Positions 18,993-28,098 of a stretch of 64,000 nucleotides of DNA are shown here, piece by piece. The stretch's first letter is position 1, and the number at the start of each line of letters is the position of its first letter. The position numbers and the translations under genes were made by a program. Under the pieces are notes generated by a model, which worked only from the letters and a program-made list of their open reading frames with translations, was not told the origin of the DNA and ran no database searches. Source of the stretch: Candidatus Omnitrophota bacterium (GTDB lineage Bacteria; Omnitrophota; Gorgyraeia; Pluralincolimonadales; Pluralincolimonadaceae); assembly GCA_003141835.1 (NCBI GenBank), contig PLNR01000010.1, forward strand, positions 3,768 to 67,767. Reading direction: 5' to 3'.

Positions 18993-21900
18993 ATGTATAT
19001 GCAAAACTTAAACCTGAAATCCAGCCTCTTATTGGCGGCCTTCCTTTTATTTTTTCCTTCCGGCGGATTTTCTTCGGAAATAAAGATAACGGCTTCCTCA
19101 TCCGAAGCCGCGTTAAGCCCTGAGAACGTATTTGACGGCAACATGGCCACCCGGTGGAGCAGCAAATTCTCCGACAAAGAGTGGCTTGAGATAGACCTCG
19201 GTGAAGCAAAAGAGATATCCGGCCTGACGCTGTTCTGGGAGGCTGCTTACGCGTCCTCTTACGAGGTCCTGGTATCAGCTGACGAAAAAGACTGGAAGAG
19301 CGTCTATAAGCAGGATAAGGGCCCCTGCGGAAGCGAAGAGGTCTCGTTCGAGAAGACCGTGGCAAGATATATAAAGCTGGTCTTTAATAAGAGGGCCACA
19401 AAATGGGGATATTCGCTGTTTGAGATCTCGATAGACGGAGCCGGCATAAATGATACCGGGAAAATAAACGCGAAGGAGATAATACCTCTCGAGGATAAAT
19501 GGGATTTTAAGACAGACCCCCGGAACGTAGGGGTTAAAGAAATGTGGTTTACCCCTGCCGGCGCTCCTAAAGATTGGGGCAAGATAGAGACCGGGCGGTT
19601 CTGGGAAGACCAGGGTTTTCCCAATTACGACGGGTACGCCTGGTATAAAAAAGATATTATGATACCCGCGGCCTGGAATGACGGCAAGGCCGTTTTGATG
19701 ATCGGCGGAGTCGACGACGCTTACGAGTTGTACGTTAACGGCCGGTTCGTCGCCGGATACGGCCCCAGGGTCACGAACTCGACTATACCCCGCAGCGTAA
19801 ACCAGACCCTGACCTTACCACAGGTCGGGAAATACCTGGTGCCGGGCGAACCGAATAATTTTACTTTCCGCGTCTTCGATGATTGGGGCAACGGCGGGAT
19901 ATCCAAACCCCCTATGGTGCTCATGCAGAACGAAGACGCAGTCCCGCAGATAAAAAAACGGCTGGACGCGCAAAGTTATTACCAGTTGAAAGCGAGGCCT
20001 TCGGAAAGGAAATATTATCCCGAATGGATAGGGGGCCGCCAGGCCTACTGGACCGTGGTCGGCGTAGAAGGGGATAAGGCGGAGAGCTGTTTTTGCGAAG
20101 ACGGGCAGGTCCAGTTGTACAACTGGGGCCCTTCCCTGATGCCCTTCATTTACACGGACAATAAACTCCTTACCCGCGAGGATTTCAGGGTCTCCCAGTC
20201 CCTCGAAAAAGGTTATCTTCCCATGCCTGAAGTGGTTTGGGAGAACAATGACCTGGTTTTTTCCCAGAGGCTGTTCGGTTATGGTAAACCGGATGAGGCC
20301 CTTACCTGCCTCAAATATACGTTAAAAAATAAAAGCGAAAAAAAACTGGCCGGCAAACTCTTCCTTACCGTAAGGCCTTTCCAGGTCTATCCCGCATGGC
20401 AGTGGAGCGGCGGGATGGCGATGATAAGGAACCTGGAATATGATACGGCGGGCGGGCATACGCTAAGGATAGACGGGAAAGACCGCCTGGTATCGCTCCG
20501 GGTCCCGGACAGGTTCGGCGGTTCTACGTATATGGAAGACGGCCTCGTCGCCGCGTTGAAGAGCGGGAATATCACCGCCAGGCCGTCGATCAACGATCCT
20601 TTCGACTATGCCTCAGGCGTCCTGGAATATGATTTCAGCATCGCTCCGAAGGCCGAAAAAGAATATTTCTTCCTCATACCTCTGCATGGCGCTGGAACGG
20701 CATTAAAAGTATTGGACAGCGCAGGCCCGGAAAAGGATCTTGAAGTAATGCGGGTGAAGACGAGGGAGTTTTGGGAAGAAAAATTAAACCGGGTACAGGT
20801 GAATATCCCGGATAAAGAGATGTCGGATGCCGTTAAGACCAGCCTGGCATATATGCTCATCAATAAGAACGGGCCGATGCTGCAGGCCGGCTCAGGCGCC
20901 TACAAGAAGTCGTGGATACGCGACGCATGTTCGGCTTCAGCCGCAATGATGAGGATGGGCCTTACCGAAGAGGTGAAGGAATATATCGATTGGTTTACCG
21001 GATGCATAAAGCCAAACGGCAAGGTCCCGCCCATCATGATCTCCGAGACCTCGGCCGAGCCCGCGTGGGAAAGGGAATTCGAAGAGTATGACAGCCAGGG
21101 CCAATACGTCTACTCCGTGCTTGAATATTACCGGTTTACCGGGGACAAGGAATGGCTCAAAGGCAAACTTCCCGCCGTAAAACGCGTCCTCGATTTCACC
21201 GAGGCCCTGAGGAAGAAAGAGGCAGGCGGCATATTCCCGCGCTCTGTCAGCCACGAGGGTTATTTCCCTGCGCCGGGCGTCCATAGTTACTGGGATGATT
21301 TCTGGGGTATCAAGGGATGGAAAGACGCCGCCTCCATCGCGGATATCCTGGGGGATAAGGAGCTGGCCGCCCGCGCTGAAAAAGAAACGGAAGATTTCAG
21401 GAGGTGCGTCAACGATTCCATTAAGGCCGTCCAGGCATCAAAGAAGATAGATTTTATACCGGGATCGGTCGAAAAGGCCGACCTTGACGCGCCGTCAACG
21501 GCTATCGCCGTCTGGCCGACCGAGGAATCGAAATACCTGCCGCAGCCTTCCCTGGATAATACTTTCGGGATATTCTGGAAGAAGCAGTTCCTGCCGAGCC
21601 TGGCGAGCGGGCCGAAGTGGTCGTATTCGCCGTATGCCTTCAGGATATCCCAGGTATTCGTCATCTCCGGCCAGAGGGATAATGCCGTAAAGATGCTTGA
21701 GGAGTTCATGAGGATGCGCAGGCCGCTTGCCTGGAACCAGTGGGCGGAGGGGTTTTTGGCAGATGACCGCAGGCCGTGGTTCGTCGGTGACTTGCCCCAC
21801 ACCTGGGTAGCCTCAATATTCATAAACGCGTTCAGGAGTTTATTTGTGTATGAAGATGATGGTATGCTCATTCTTGGTGGTGGCATACCAGAAAAATGGC

Positions 21901-22097
21901 TCTCGGACAAAGAGGGCGTATCGATAGGCAATTTCCCGACATTTTACGGTAATATCAGTTATTCCGTTAAGCAGGAGAACGGTGTTTTGAAGATCGAGGC
22001 TTCGGGTACTGCGCGCCCTCCGAAGGGTTTCGTTTTCAGGGGTCCTTCCGGAGGAGAGGTGGCTTTCCAGAGCCTGCCGTTCAGTTATGCGCCTTGA
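18993..22097 (+). CDS. Secreted multidomain glycoside hydrolase: F5/8 type C (discoidin/CBM32-like), GH2-type sugar-binding jelly-roll, and a six-hairpin (alpha/alpha)6 catalytic-like domain
   Basis: Signal peptide MYMQNLNLKSSLLLAAFLLFF. The FDGNMATRWSS...EWLEIDLGE segment matches a discoidin domain. The GYAWYKKDIMIPAAWNDGKAVLMIGGVDDAYELYVNG segment matches a GH2 N-terminal domain. The C-terminal half has a WIRDA...YVYSVLEYYRFTGD six-hairpin pattern. RBS AGGAGA 13 nt upstream. Confidence 0.6.
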   Translation: MYMQNLNLKSSLLLAAFLLFFPSGGFSSEIKITASSSEAALSPENVFDGNMATRWSSKFSDKEWLEIDLGEAKEISGLTLFWEAAYASSYEVLVSADEKDWKSVYKQDKGPCGSEEVSFEKTVARYIKLVFNKRATKWGYSLFEISIDGAGINDTGKINAKEIIPLEDKWDFKTDPRNVGVKEMWFTPAGAPKDWGKIETGRFWEDQGFPNYDGYAWYKKDIMIPAAWNDGKAVLMIGGVDDAYELYVNGRFVAGYGPRVTNSTIPRSVNQTLTLPQVGKYLVPGEPNNFTFRVFDDWGNGGISKPPMVLMQNEDAVPQIKKRLDAQSYYQLKARPSERKYYPEWIGGRQAYWTVVGVEGDKAESCFCEDGQVQLYNWGPSLMPFIYTDNKLLTREDFRVSQSLEKGYLPMPEVVWENNDLVFSQRLFGYGKPDEALTCLKYTLKNKSEKKLAGKLFLTVRPFQVYPAWQWSGGMAMIRNLEYDTAGGHTLRIDGKDRLVSLRVPDRFGGSTYMEDGLVAALKSGNITARPSINDPFDYASGVLEYDFSIAPKAEKEYFFLIPLHGAGTALKVLDSAGPEKDLEVMRVKTREFWEEKLNRVQVNIPDKEMSDAVKTSLAYMLINKNGPMLQAGSGAYKKSWIRDACSASAAMMRMGLTEEVKEYIDWFTGCIKPNGKVPPIMISETSAEPAWEREFEEYDSQGQYVYSVLEYYRFTGDKEWLKGKLPAVKRVLDFTEALRKKEAGGIFPRSVSHEGYFPAPGVHSYWDDFWGIKGWKDAASIADILGDKELAARAEKETEDFRRCVNDSIKAVQASKKIDFIPGSVEKADLDAPSTAIAVWPTEESKYLPQPSLDNTFGIFWKKQFLPSLASGPKWSYSPYAFRISQVFVISGQRDNAVKMLEEFMRMRRPLAWNQWAEGFLADDRRPWFVGDLPHTWVASIFINAFRSLFVYEDDGMLILGGGIPEKWLSDKEGVSIGNFPTFYGNISYSVKQENGVLKIEASGTARPPKGFVFRGPSGGEVAFQSLPFSYAP

Positions 22098-22122
22098 CAC
22101 GGGGGTGATAAAGATTTAATAT
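22094..22122 (+). promoter_or_regulatory. Promoter TTGACA-17-TAATAT; the -35 overlaps the stop codon of the upstream gene; ATG 22134 is 11 nt after the -10
   Basis: TTGACA 22094-22099, spacer CGGGGGTGATAAAGATT, TAATAT 22117-22122. Confidence 0.5.
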
Positions 22123-22133
22123 AGTGCCTTGAG

Positions 22134-22511
22134 ATGGCCGACGAGAAGAAGACGATACTTATAATTGAGGACGAACCCCTGAACATGAGATTGACCGTTG
22201 ATCTCCTTGAGATCAACGGTTTTAATACGTTAAGCTGCTGTGACGGAATTGCCGCGCTCGAGACTTTAAAGAAGACCATCCCCGACCTTATCCTCCTCGA
22301 TATCAATATGCCTAAAATGAACGGATACGAAGTCCATGAAAATATCAGGAAAGACAGCCGCCTCGACCGCGTCAAGGTCCTCGCGCTTTCCGCGTCGGTC
22401 ATGAAAGAGGACGAGGAGAGGATAAGAAAAGCGGGTTTTAACGATTTTATCCCGAAGCCGATCGACACCAAAGGGCTGGTAAAAAAGATAAGGGAATATT
22501 TGTCCATATGA
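22134..22511 (+). CDS. Single-domain response regulator receiver (CheY-like)
   Basis: DEP...LILLDINMP phospho-acceptor Asp context, Lys near the C-terminus, 125 aa. Confidence 0.85.
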   Translation: MADEKKTILIIEDEPLNMRLTVDLLEINGFNTLSCCDGIAALETLKKTIPDLILLDINMPKMNGYEVHENIRKDSRLDRVKVLALSASVMKEDEERIRKAGFNDFIPKPIDTKGLVKKIREYLSI

Positions 22512-23632
22512 GCCGGGACGAACTCGACATACAATACCGCGATATCGTAGAGAACGCCAACAGCATCATCCTGCGCATGGACATGAACGGCGATGTCACC
22601 TATTTCAACAGGTTCGCCCAGAATTTCTTCGGTTACAGGCAGGAGGAGATCCTCGGCAAGAACGTCGTCGGCACGATAGTGGCCCCGACCGATTCCTCGG
22701 GCCGCGACCTCAAGGCAATGATAGACGACATGGCGCTCCACCCGTCGAGCTATGTGAGCAACGAGAACGAGAACGTGATGAAGAACGGCAGGCGCGCGTG
22801 GATCGCCTGGACGAACAAGTCTATCCTCGACGAGGACGGCCGGGTCAGGGAGATACTTTGCATCGGCAACGACATAACCAGGCTTAAGGAAGCCGAGGAA
22901 GAGATAATCAAGGCGAAGGAGGCCGCAGAGAGCGCCAATAAGGCGAAGAGCTCGTTCCTCGCGAACATGTCGCATGAGCTGAGGACGCCGCTTAACGCGA
23001 TAATAGGTTTTTCCGAGCTGATGAAGGACGATAGCGTCGGCCCGCTGACCGATAAGCAGAAGGAATACCTCGATTACGTCTGGGAGAGCGGCAAGCACCT
23101 GCTCTCGCTGATAAACGACATACTCGACCTCTCAAAAGTGGAAGCCGGGAAGATGGAGCTCGAGCTTAGCGAGTTCGACCTGAAAGAGCTTTTAAAGAAG
23201 AGTTTTATCTTTATACAGGAAAAAGCGGTGAAACACGGCATCGCGCTTTCCGCGGATATAAAAGAAGGCATAGGGACCGTAAAAGCGGACCAGAGGAAAG
23301 TGAAACAGGTCATTTTTAACCTCCTCTCGAATGCGGTAAAATTTACCCCGGACGGCGGCAAGATCGGCATAACCGCCGAAAAAACCGGCAAAGGTGAGAT
23401 CCTGGTCTGCGTCTCGGATACAGGCATAGGGATAGAGGCCAAGGACAGCGGCAGGGTATTTTCGGAATTCGAGCAGATCGACAGCGAATATTCGCGCAAA
23501 TACGCCGGCACCGGGCTGGGTATGCCCTTAAGCAAAAAATTTGTCGAGCTCCACGGCGGGAAGATGTGGTTCGAGAGCGAAAAGGGTAAAGGCACGCATT
23601 TTTATTTCACGCTGCCGCTTAACGTCGGTTAA
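22508..23632 (+). CDS. Cytoplasmic sensor histidine kinase (PAS, HisKA, HATPase_c)
   Basis: No TM segment. PAS-like N-terminus. SHELRTPLNAIIGF H-box. N, G1 and G2 boxes (GTGLGM). ATGA overlap with the upstream receiver. Confidence 0.85.
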   Translation: MSRDELDIQYRDIVENANSIILRMDMNGDVTYFNRFAQNFFGYRQEEILGKNVVGTIVAPTDSSGRDLKAMIDDMALHPSSYVSNENENVMKNGRRAWIAWTNKSILDEDGRVREILCIGNDITRLKEAEEEIIKAKEAAESANKAKSSFLANMSHELRTPLNAIIGFSELMKDDSVGPLTDKQKEYLDYVWESGKHLLSLINDILDLSKVEAGKMELELSEFDLKELLKKSFIFIQEKAVKHGIALSADIKEGIGTVKADQRKVKQVIFNLLSNAVKFTPDGGKIGITAEKTGKGEILVCVSDTGIGIEAKDSGRVFSEFEQIDSEYSRKYAGTGLGMPLSKKFVELHGGKMWFESEKGKGTHFYFTLPLNVG

Positions 23633-23647
23633 AAAGAGGAGGCTGCA

Positions 23648-24022
23648 ATGGCGAAGATCCTGATGATAGACGATGACGCGATGGTGTTAAAACTCTATTC
23701 GGAGATATTATCGAAAGAGGGGTTCGAGGTCCTGACTTCCAGCGACGCGAAAAATGGTTTTGACCTGGCTGTTTCGCAGGCCCCGGACCTGGTCCTCCTC
23801 GATATCATGATGCCGACCGTAGACGGGACCCGGGTGCATGAGGCCCTCTCGCAGAACGATAAGACGAAGGACGTCCCGGTCGTTTTCCTGACGGCGCTCG
23901 TGAGAGAAGAGGAAGTGGCGGAAAGCGGCGGGAAGATCGGCGGCCTGGATTACATATCCAAATCCACGCCCAAGGATAGATTTGTCAAACAGGTCAAGGA
24001 TATCCTGGCCAGGAAGAAATAG
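23648..24022 (+). CDS. Second single-domain response regulator receiver
   Basis: MAKILMIDDD...LVLLDIMMP pattern, 124 aa. RBS AGAGGAGG. Confidence 0.85.
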   Translation: MAKILMIDDDAMVLKLYSEILSKEGFEVLTSSDAKNGFDLAVSQAPDLVLLDIMMPTVDGTRVHEALSQNDKTKDVPVVFLTALVREEEVAESGGKIGGLDYISKSTPKDRFVKQVKDILARKK

Positions 24023-24034
24023 GGCTATACGATA

Positions 24035-25162
24035 TTGAGCGCGGAGTCCGGGTTTAAGGTAAAGATCGCGAGGAAGATCGAAGATATCCCCGTTGCCGAC
24101 TGGAATAAGCTGATGCCGGCGACCGGGGAGAACTATTATTTCTTCAAGACCCTCGACGAATCCGGCATGTCCCAGTTCTCGTTCTTTTATATTTTAGTGT
24201 ATGACAAGGATGCCCCGGTCGGGGCTGCCAGCTGCTTTATAATGAACTTCGGCCTGGATTTCGGAGTTACCGGTGTTCTCAAAGGGTTCACGGGATGCCT
24301 TAAGAAGATATTCCCTTATATCTTGGACCCGAGGATCCTGGTCTGCGGCCTGCCTAACGGCCAGGGAAAGATAGGGATCGCGGCAGATCCGGGCACGGTC
24401 ATCAAGGCCATATGCGAAGCGATGGAGCAGATAGCGAAGGAAAATAAGGCGGAGATCATCGTGTTCAAGGATTTCAGTTTCAGGTACCAGGATACGCTGG
24501 ATAAGTGCCTTGATGCCGGTTTTTTCAAGGTAGGGTCCCTGCCTTACATGGAGATGGATGTCCGCTTCCCGGACTTTGACGGGTACTTGAACACGTTAAG
24601 CTACATATCGAGGAGCGGGTTGAGGAGGAAGTTCAGGAAGATAGAAAAGGAAGTCAAGTTAGGCCTGGAAGTGAAGGGCAGGCTGGAAGAAGACGAATTG
24701 AAGGATGCGTACGCGCTCTATCTCCAGACGTACGGTAAGAAAGAGGTTGGGCTCGAGAAAGTGCCTGTGGATTTTTTCAGGAACATAGCGAAGAACATGC
24801 CTGAAGAGACGAAATTTTTCATTTGGCGGGTAGACAAAAAGATGGTCGCGTTCAGTTACTGCCTGGCCTCGGGGGGCCGTTTCCTTGATTATTACCTCGG
24901 GTTCGATTATTCGATCGCCTATAACTACCACCTTTATTTTATAAGGTTCCGCGACCAACTGGAGTGGTGTATCAAAAATAATATCAGGCTGTATGAATTC
25001 GGGCCTACCGGGTATGAATCGAAGAGGAGGCTGGGCTTCAGGCTTGCGTCGCTGCATAATTACGTAAGGCACCGTAACAGGTTCCTGAACCCGGTCTTCA
25101 AGGGCTTCAGCCGGCGCCTGGTGCAAAAATTATTAAAGTTTTTTTCGAAACGGGAAAGATGA
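24035..25162 (+). CDS. FemAB-like / DUF482 (PF04339-type) putative aminoacyl- or acyl-transferase with a GNAT-like fold
   Basis: N-terminal W..L....YFF..L..SG pattern and a length near 375 aa, typical of the family. The call is by pattern recognition only. Confidence 0.45.
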   Translation: MSAESGFKVKIARKIEDIPVADWNKLMPATGENYYFFKTLDESGMSQFSFFYILVYDKDAPVGAASCFIMNFGLDFGVTGVLKGFTGCLKKIFPYILDPRILVCGLPNGQGKIGIAADPGTVIKAICEAMEQIAKENKAEIIVFKDFSFRYQDTLDKCLDAGFFKVGSLPYMEMDVRFPDFDGYLNTLSYISRSGLRRKFRKIEKEVKLGLEVKGRLEEDELKDAYALYLQTYGKKEVGLEKVPVDFFRNIAKNMPEETKFFIWRVDKKMVAFSYCLASGGRFLDYYLGFDYSIAYNYHLYFIRFRDQLEWCIKNNIRLYEFGPTGYESKRRLGFRLASLHNYVRHRNRFLNPVFKGFSRRLVQKLLKFFSKRER

Positions 25163-26307
25163 TGGTATACATCAGGAAAAATCCCGGCGCGGAAGAGCGA
25201 CTTTCGATATTATCGAACGATTCCCGGTATGACCTCGCCTGCGCCTGCGGCACCAACGATGATGAGCATCGCCGCCGCTCAAAAGAGGGCAAATGGATAT
25301 ATCCGGTCGTGCTGCCCAACGGGGGGACCACATATCTATTTAAGACGCTGCTTTCCAACGAGTGCGTAAATAATTGCAAATATTGCCCGCTCAGGGCGGG
25401 TTCGGATACTGATCGCTGCGCCCTCAGCCCGGAAGAATTGGCCGGGGCTTTTATCTCTTATTATAACGCCCGCAGGGTCAGCGGGCTTTTCCTCAGCAGC
25501 GCTGTGACCGGCAGCCCGGACATCACTATGGAACGGATAAACCGCTCGGCGCTCAACCTGCGCAGGGCCGGGTTCAGGGGCTACATACACTTAAAGGTCA
25601 TCCCCGGCGCGTCCGAGGCTGCTATCCGCCAGAGTCTCTCCCTGGCGAACGCCGTTTCGTTGAATATAGAGACCGCAGGCGAGAATAATTTCAAGCATCT
25701 CAGCACGACAAAAGATTACCTCCGCGACATCATCCGGCCGATAGAGATGATAAGCCGCCTAACCGCGAAGGGGTCCCGTTACGCGGGGGTCAAACAGACC
25801 ACCCAATTTGTCGTCGGCGCTTCCGGAGAGACCGACAAGGAGATCATAAGCTATTCCTGGAGGCTGTATAAGGAATTGGGCCTTAACAGGGTCTATTTCA
25901 GCGCTTACCAGCGCGGCGCCGGGTCGCCGGAACTTCCCGGCGAGCGTTCGGGCCTGGCTAACAGTACTAGCAGGGATCTGCTAGTACGCGAGCACCGCCT
26001 ATACCAGACCGATTGGCTCATCCGCAAGTACGGGTTCAGGGCGGACGAGATACCCCTGGACCGGGACGGTAACCTCTCCCTCGGGACCGACCCTAAAGAG
26101 ATGTGGGCGAAGTCGCATCCCGAGTTTTTCCCGGTAAATATCAACAGGGATGACAGGGGCCGTTTGTTGCGCGTTCCCGGCTTGGGGCACGTGATGGTCG
26201 AACGGATACTTTCATTGCGGAAGAACGGGGCAAGGGTAGGCTCTATTGAAAAACTGGGAAGGCGGAATAAGCTTCTTACGAAGGCCGAGCGGTACCTGGC
26301 GTTTTAG
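25159..26307 (+). CDS. Putative DNA modification/repair radical SAM protein (TIGR03916-like) with a C-terminal helix-hairpin-helix
   Basis: ERLSILSNDSRYDLACACG N-terminal signature. CVNNCKYC CxxxCxxC motif. C-terminal RVPGLGHVMVERIL HhH motif. ATGA overlap with the upstream gene. Confidence 0.6.
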   Translation: MMVYIRKNPGAEERLSILSNDSRYDLACACGTNDDEHRRRSKEGKWIYPVVLPNGGTTYLFKTLLSNECVNNCKYCPLRAGSDTDRCALSPEELAGAFISYYNARRVSGLFLSSAVTGSPDITMERINRSALNLRRAGFRGYIHLKVIPGASEAAIRQSLSLANAVSLNIETAGENNFKHLSTTKDYLRDIIRPIEMISRLTAKGSRYAGVKQTTQFVVGASGETDKEIISYSWRLYKELGLNRVYFSAYQRGAGSPELPGERSGLANSTSRDLLVREHRLYQTDWLIRKYGFRADEIPLDRDGNLSLGTDPKEMWAKSHPEFFPVNINRDDRGRLLRVPGLGHVMVERILSLRKNGARVGSIEKLGRRNKLLTKAERYLAF

Positions 26308-26327
26308 GCGGCGGCGCATCAAAATCC

Positions 26328-26357
26328 TTGTTATAATAAGGCATAATCCCCTATAAT
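26328..26357 (+). promoter_or_regulatory. Promoter cassette variant (CAAAATCC-TTGTTA-18-TATAAT); ATG 26365 is 7 nt after the -10, i.e. leaderless
   Basis: TTGTTA 26328-26333, TATAAT 26352-26357. Confidence 0.55.
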
Positions 26358-26364
26358 AGTATAG

Positions 26365-27288
26365 ATGAAGATAAAGACGGTACTATTGGCTGCTGCCCTT
26401 ATTTTTGCGGGCGCGATATTGTTCTTTTCATACAGGAACTATTTCGGGTCCCCGGAGGCCGGAAGCAATCGGGTCTCCTTACAGGCCAGGGAGAAAGCGT
26501 GGCAGGGGCTGAAAAAGGACCTGGAGAAGAAGGTCGCGCGTTTCAACGGCACGGTCGGCCTTGTGGTCAAGGACCTGGACACGGGCCGCGAGATCGACTT
26601 CAACAAAGATGCCTCGATCCCATCCGCCAGCCTGGTTAAGATCCCCATTATGCTCTCCTGCTATTACGCAGCCCAGGACGGTAAGATAAATTTGAACGAC
26701 CCTGTGCGGCTAAGGTACGCCGACAGGGTGGAAGGATCGAAGGTACTGGGGAATAAGCCGGTCGGTTCGGTCTTTACGGTAGAGCAGCTGCTCCATCCCA
26801 TGATAACGCAGAGCGACAACGCCGCCGCAAACCTTCTCATCGAATACGTGGGATTCGACACCTTGAACGCTTATTTCAGGAAGATGGGCTTAAGGGATAC
26901 CAATTTAGCGCGCAAGATGATGGATTTCAAGGAGCGGAGGGAGGGCGAGGAGAACTATACGACTGCGGCGGACATGGCCGACCTCCTCGAGGAGCTGTAC
27001 CGGAAAAAATTCTTGAGTAACGAAATATCAGACAAATGCCTCGACCTGCTGGGAGAGCAGAAGATAAACGACAGGATACCCAGGAAACTTCCGAGGGACG
27101 GGACTTTCATCGCCCATAAGACGGGGTTGGAGAGGCACATCTGCCACGATGTCGGGATCGTATTTACCAACAACGGCGATTTCCTGATATGCGTCCTGGT
27201 CAAGCACCAGAACAGGTTCGCGATACCCGCCAAGAGGCTTATTTCAGATATCGCGTTATTGACTTATAATTATTACCGGAACCTTTAA
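26365..27288 (+). CDS. Class A beta-lactamase-family serine hydrolase
   Basis: SxxK (SLVK), SDN, ExxxN (EGEEN) and KTG motifs in canonical order. N-terminal signal/anchor. Confidence 0.75.
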   Translation: MKIKTVLLAAALIFAGAILFFSYRNYFGSPEAGSNRVSLQAREKAWQGLKKDLEKKVARFNGTVGLVVKDLDTGREIDFNKDASIPSASLVKIPIMLSCYYAAQDGKINLNDPVRLRYADRVEGSKVLGNKPVGSVFTVEQLLHPMITQSDNAAANLLIEYVGFDTLNAYFRKMGLRDTNLARKMMDFKERREGEENYTTAADMADLLEELYRKKFLSNEISDKCLDLLGEQKINDRIPRKLPRDGTFIAHKTGLERHICHDVGIVFTNNGDFLICVLVKHQNRFAIPAKRLISDIALLTYNYYRNL

Positions 27289-27303
27289 AAAAGGGGGATA
27301 GGG

Positions 27304-28083
27304 ATGTCTATCACACAGCGGTTGTTGACGATGTTCCCTCCGTATTTATTAGGCCCGCTCGTCGTCGGGGTTTTCATCTTATTCTCGGTAACGGGGCTGC
27401 TGGTCGTCCGGCATTTCGTCCCGCATAGCAGGCTAAAGATCCATCATGATGTAGCCGACCCTATCCTCGGCGCCGTCGGCGCGGTCTATGCAGTGCTTAT
27501 AGCTTTCGTCGTGGTGACCGTATGGCAGACTTTTGACAAATCGAATTCCAACGTGGAGATGGAGGCTAATTACATGGCCGACATCTACAGGGACGCCGAG
27601 GCTTTCTCCCCGGATTTCAGGCAGAAGGTGGGTGACCTGATGCGGGAATACCGGCAGGCTGTCGTAGACGTTGAATGGCCGGCGATGCAGAGGGGCCAGA
27701 TGAGCCCAAAGGTGGAAAATATAATGAGGCGGATCTGGACGCTCTATACGTCTTACCAGCCGAAGACCGTTACCGAGCAATCTTTTTTTGACGAATCGGT
27801 AAGGAAATTGAATTCTTTCCGGGAGTTAAGGAGGCAGCGGCTGATGGACTCCAGGACCGGGATCGAGCCGCTGTTATGGTTCGTCCTGGTAGGGGGAGCG
27901 GTAGCCACCATCTCTTTCACATTTTTGTTCGGCGCGGAAAACGTAAAAGCCCAGATCATAATGGTGGTAATACTTTCAGCGATGATATCATTGATACTCT
28001 TTACTATTATGGAACTGGACTACCCTTTCACCGGGGCAGTTTCGATATCTTCAGGGCCGTTCAAAGAAACGTTATTGGATTAG
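27304..28083 (+). CDS. Integral membrane protein, 2+2 TM topology (DUF4239-like)
   Basis: Two N-terminal and two C-terminal hydrophobic helices flank a soluble region. No catalytic motif recognised. Confidence 0.4.
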   Translation: MSITQRLLTMFPPYLLGPLVVGVFILFSVTGLLVVRHFVPHSRLKIHHDVADPILGAVGAVYAVLIAFVVVTVWQTFDKSNSNVEMEANYMADIYRDAEAFSPDFRQKVGDLMREYRQAVVDVEWPAMQRGQMSPKVENIMRRIWTLYTSYQPKTVTEQSFFDESVRKLNSFRELRRQRLMDSRTGIEPLLWFVLVGGAVATISFTFLFGAENVKAQIIMVVILSAMISLILFTIMELDYPFTGAVSISSGPFKETLLD

Positions 28084-28098
28084 GGAACAGGCGATAGG

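Noticed and set aside
22085-23098. 337-aa minus-strand ORF
   Set aside because: Antisense to the receiver and histidine kinase genes, which have clear motifs. No motifs of its own.
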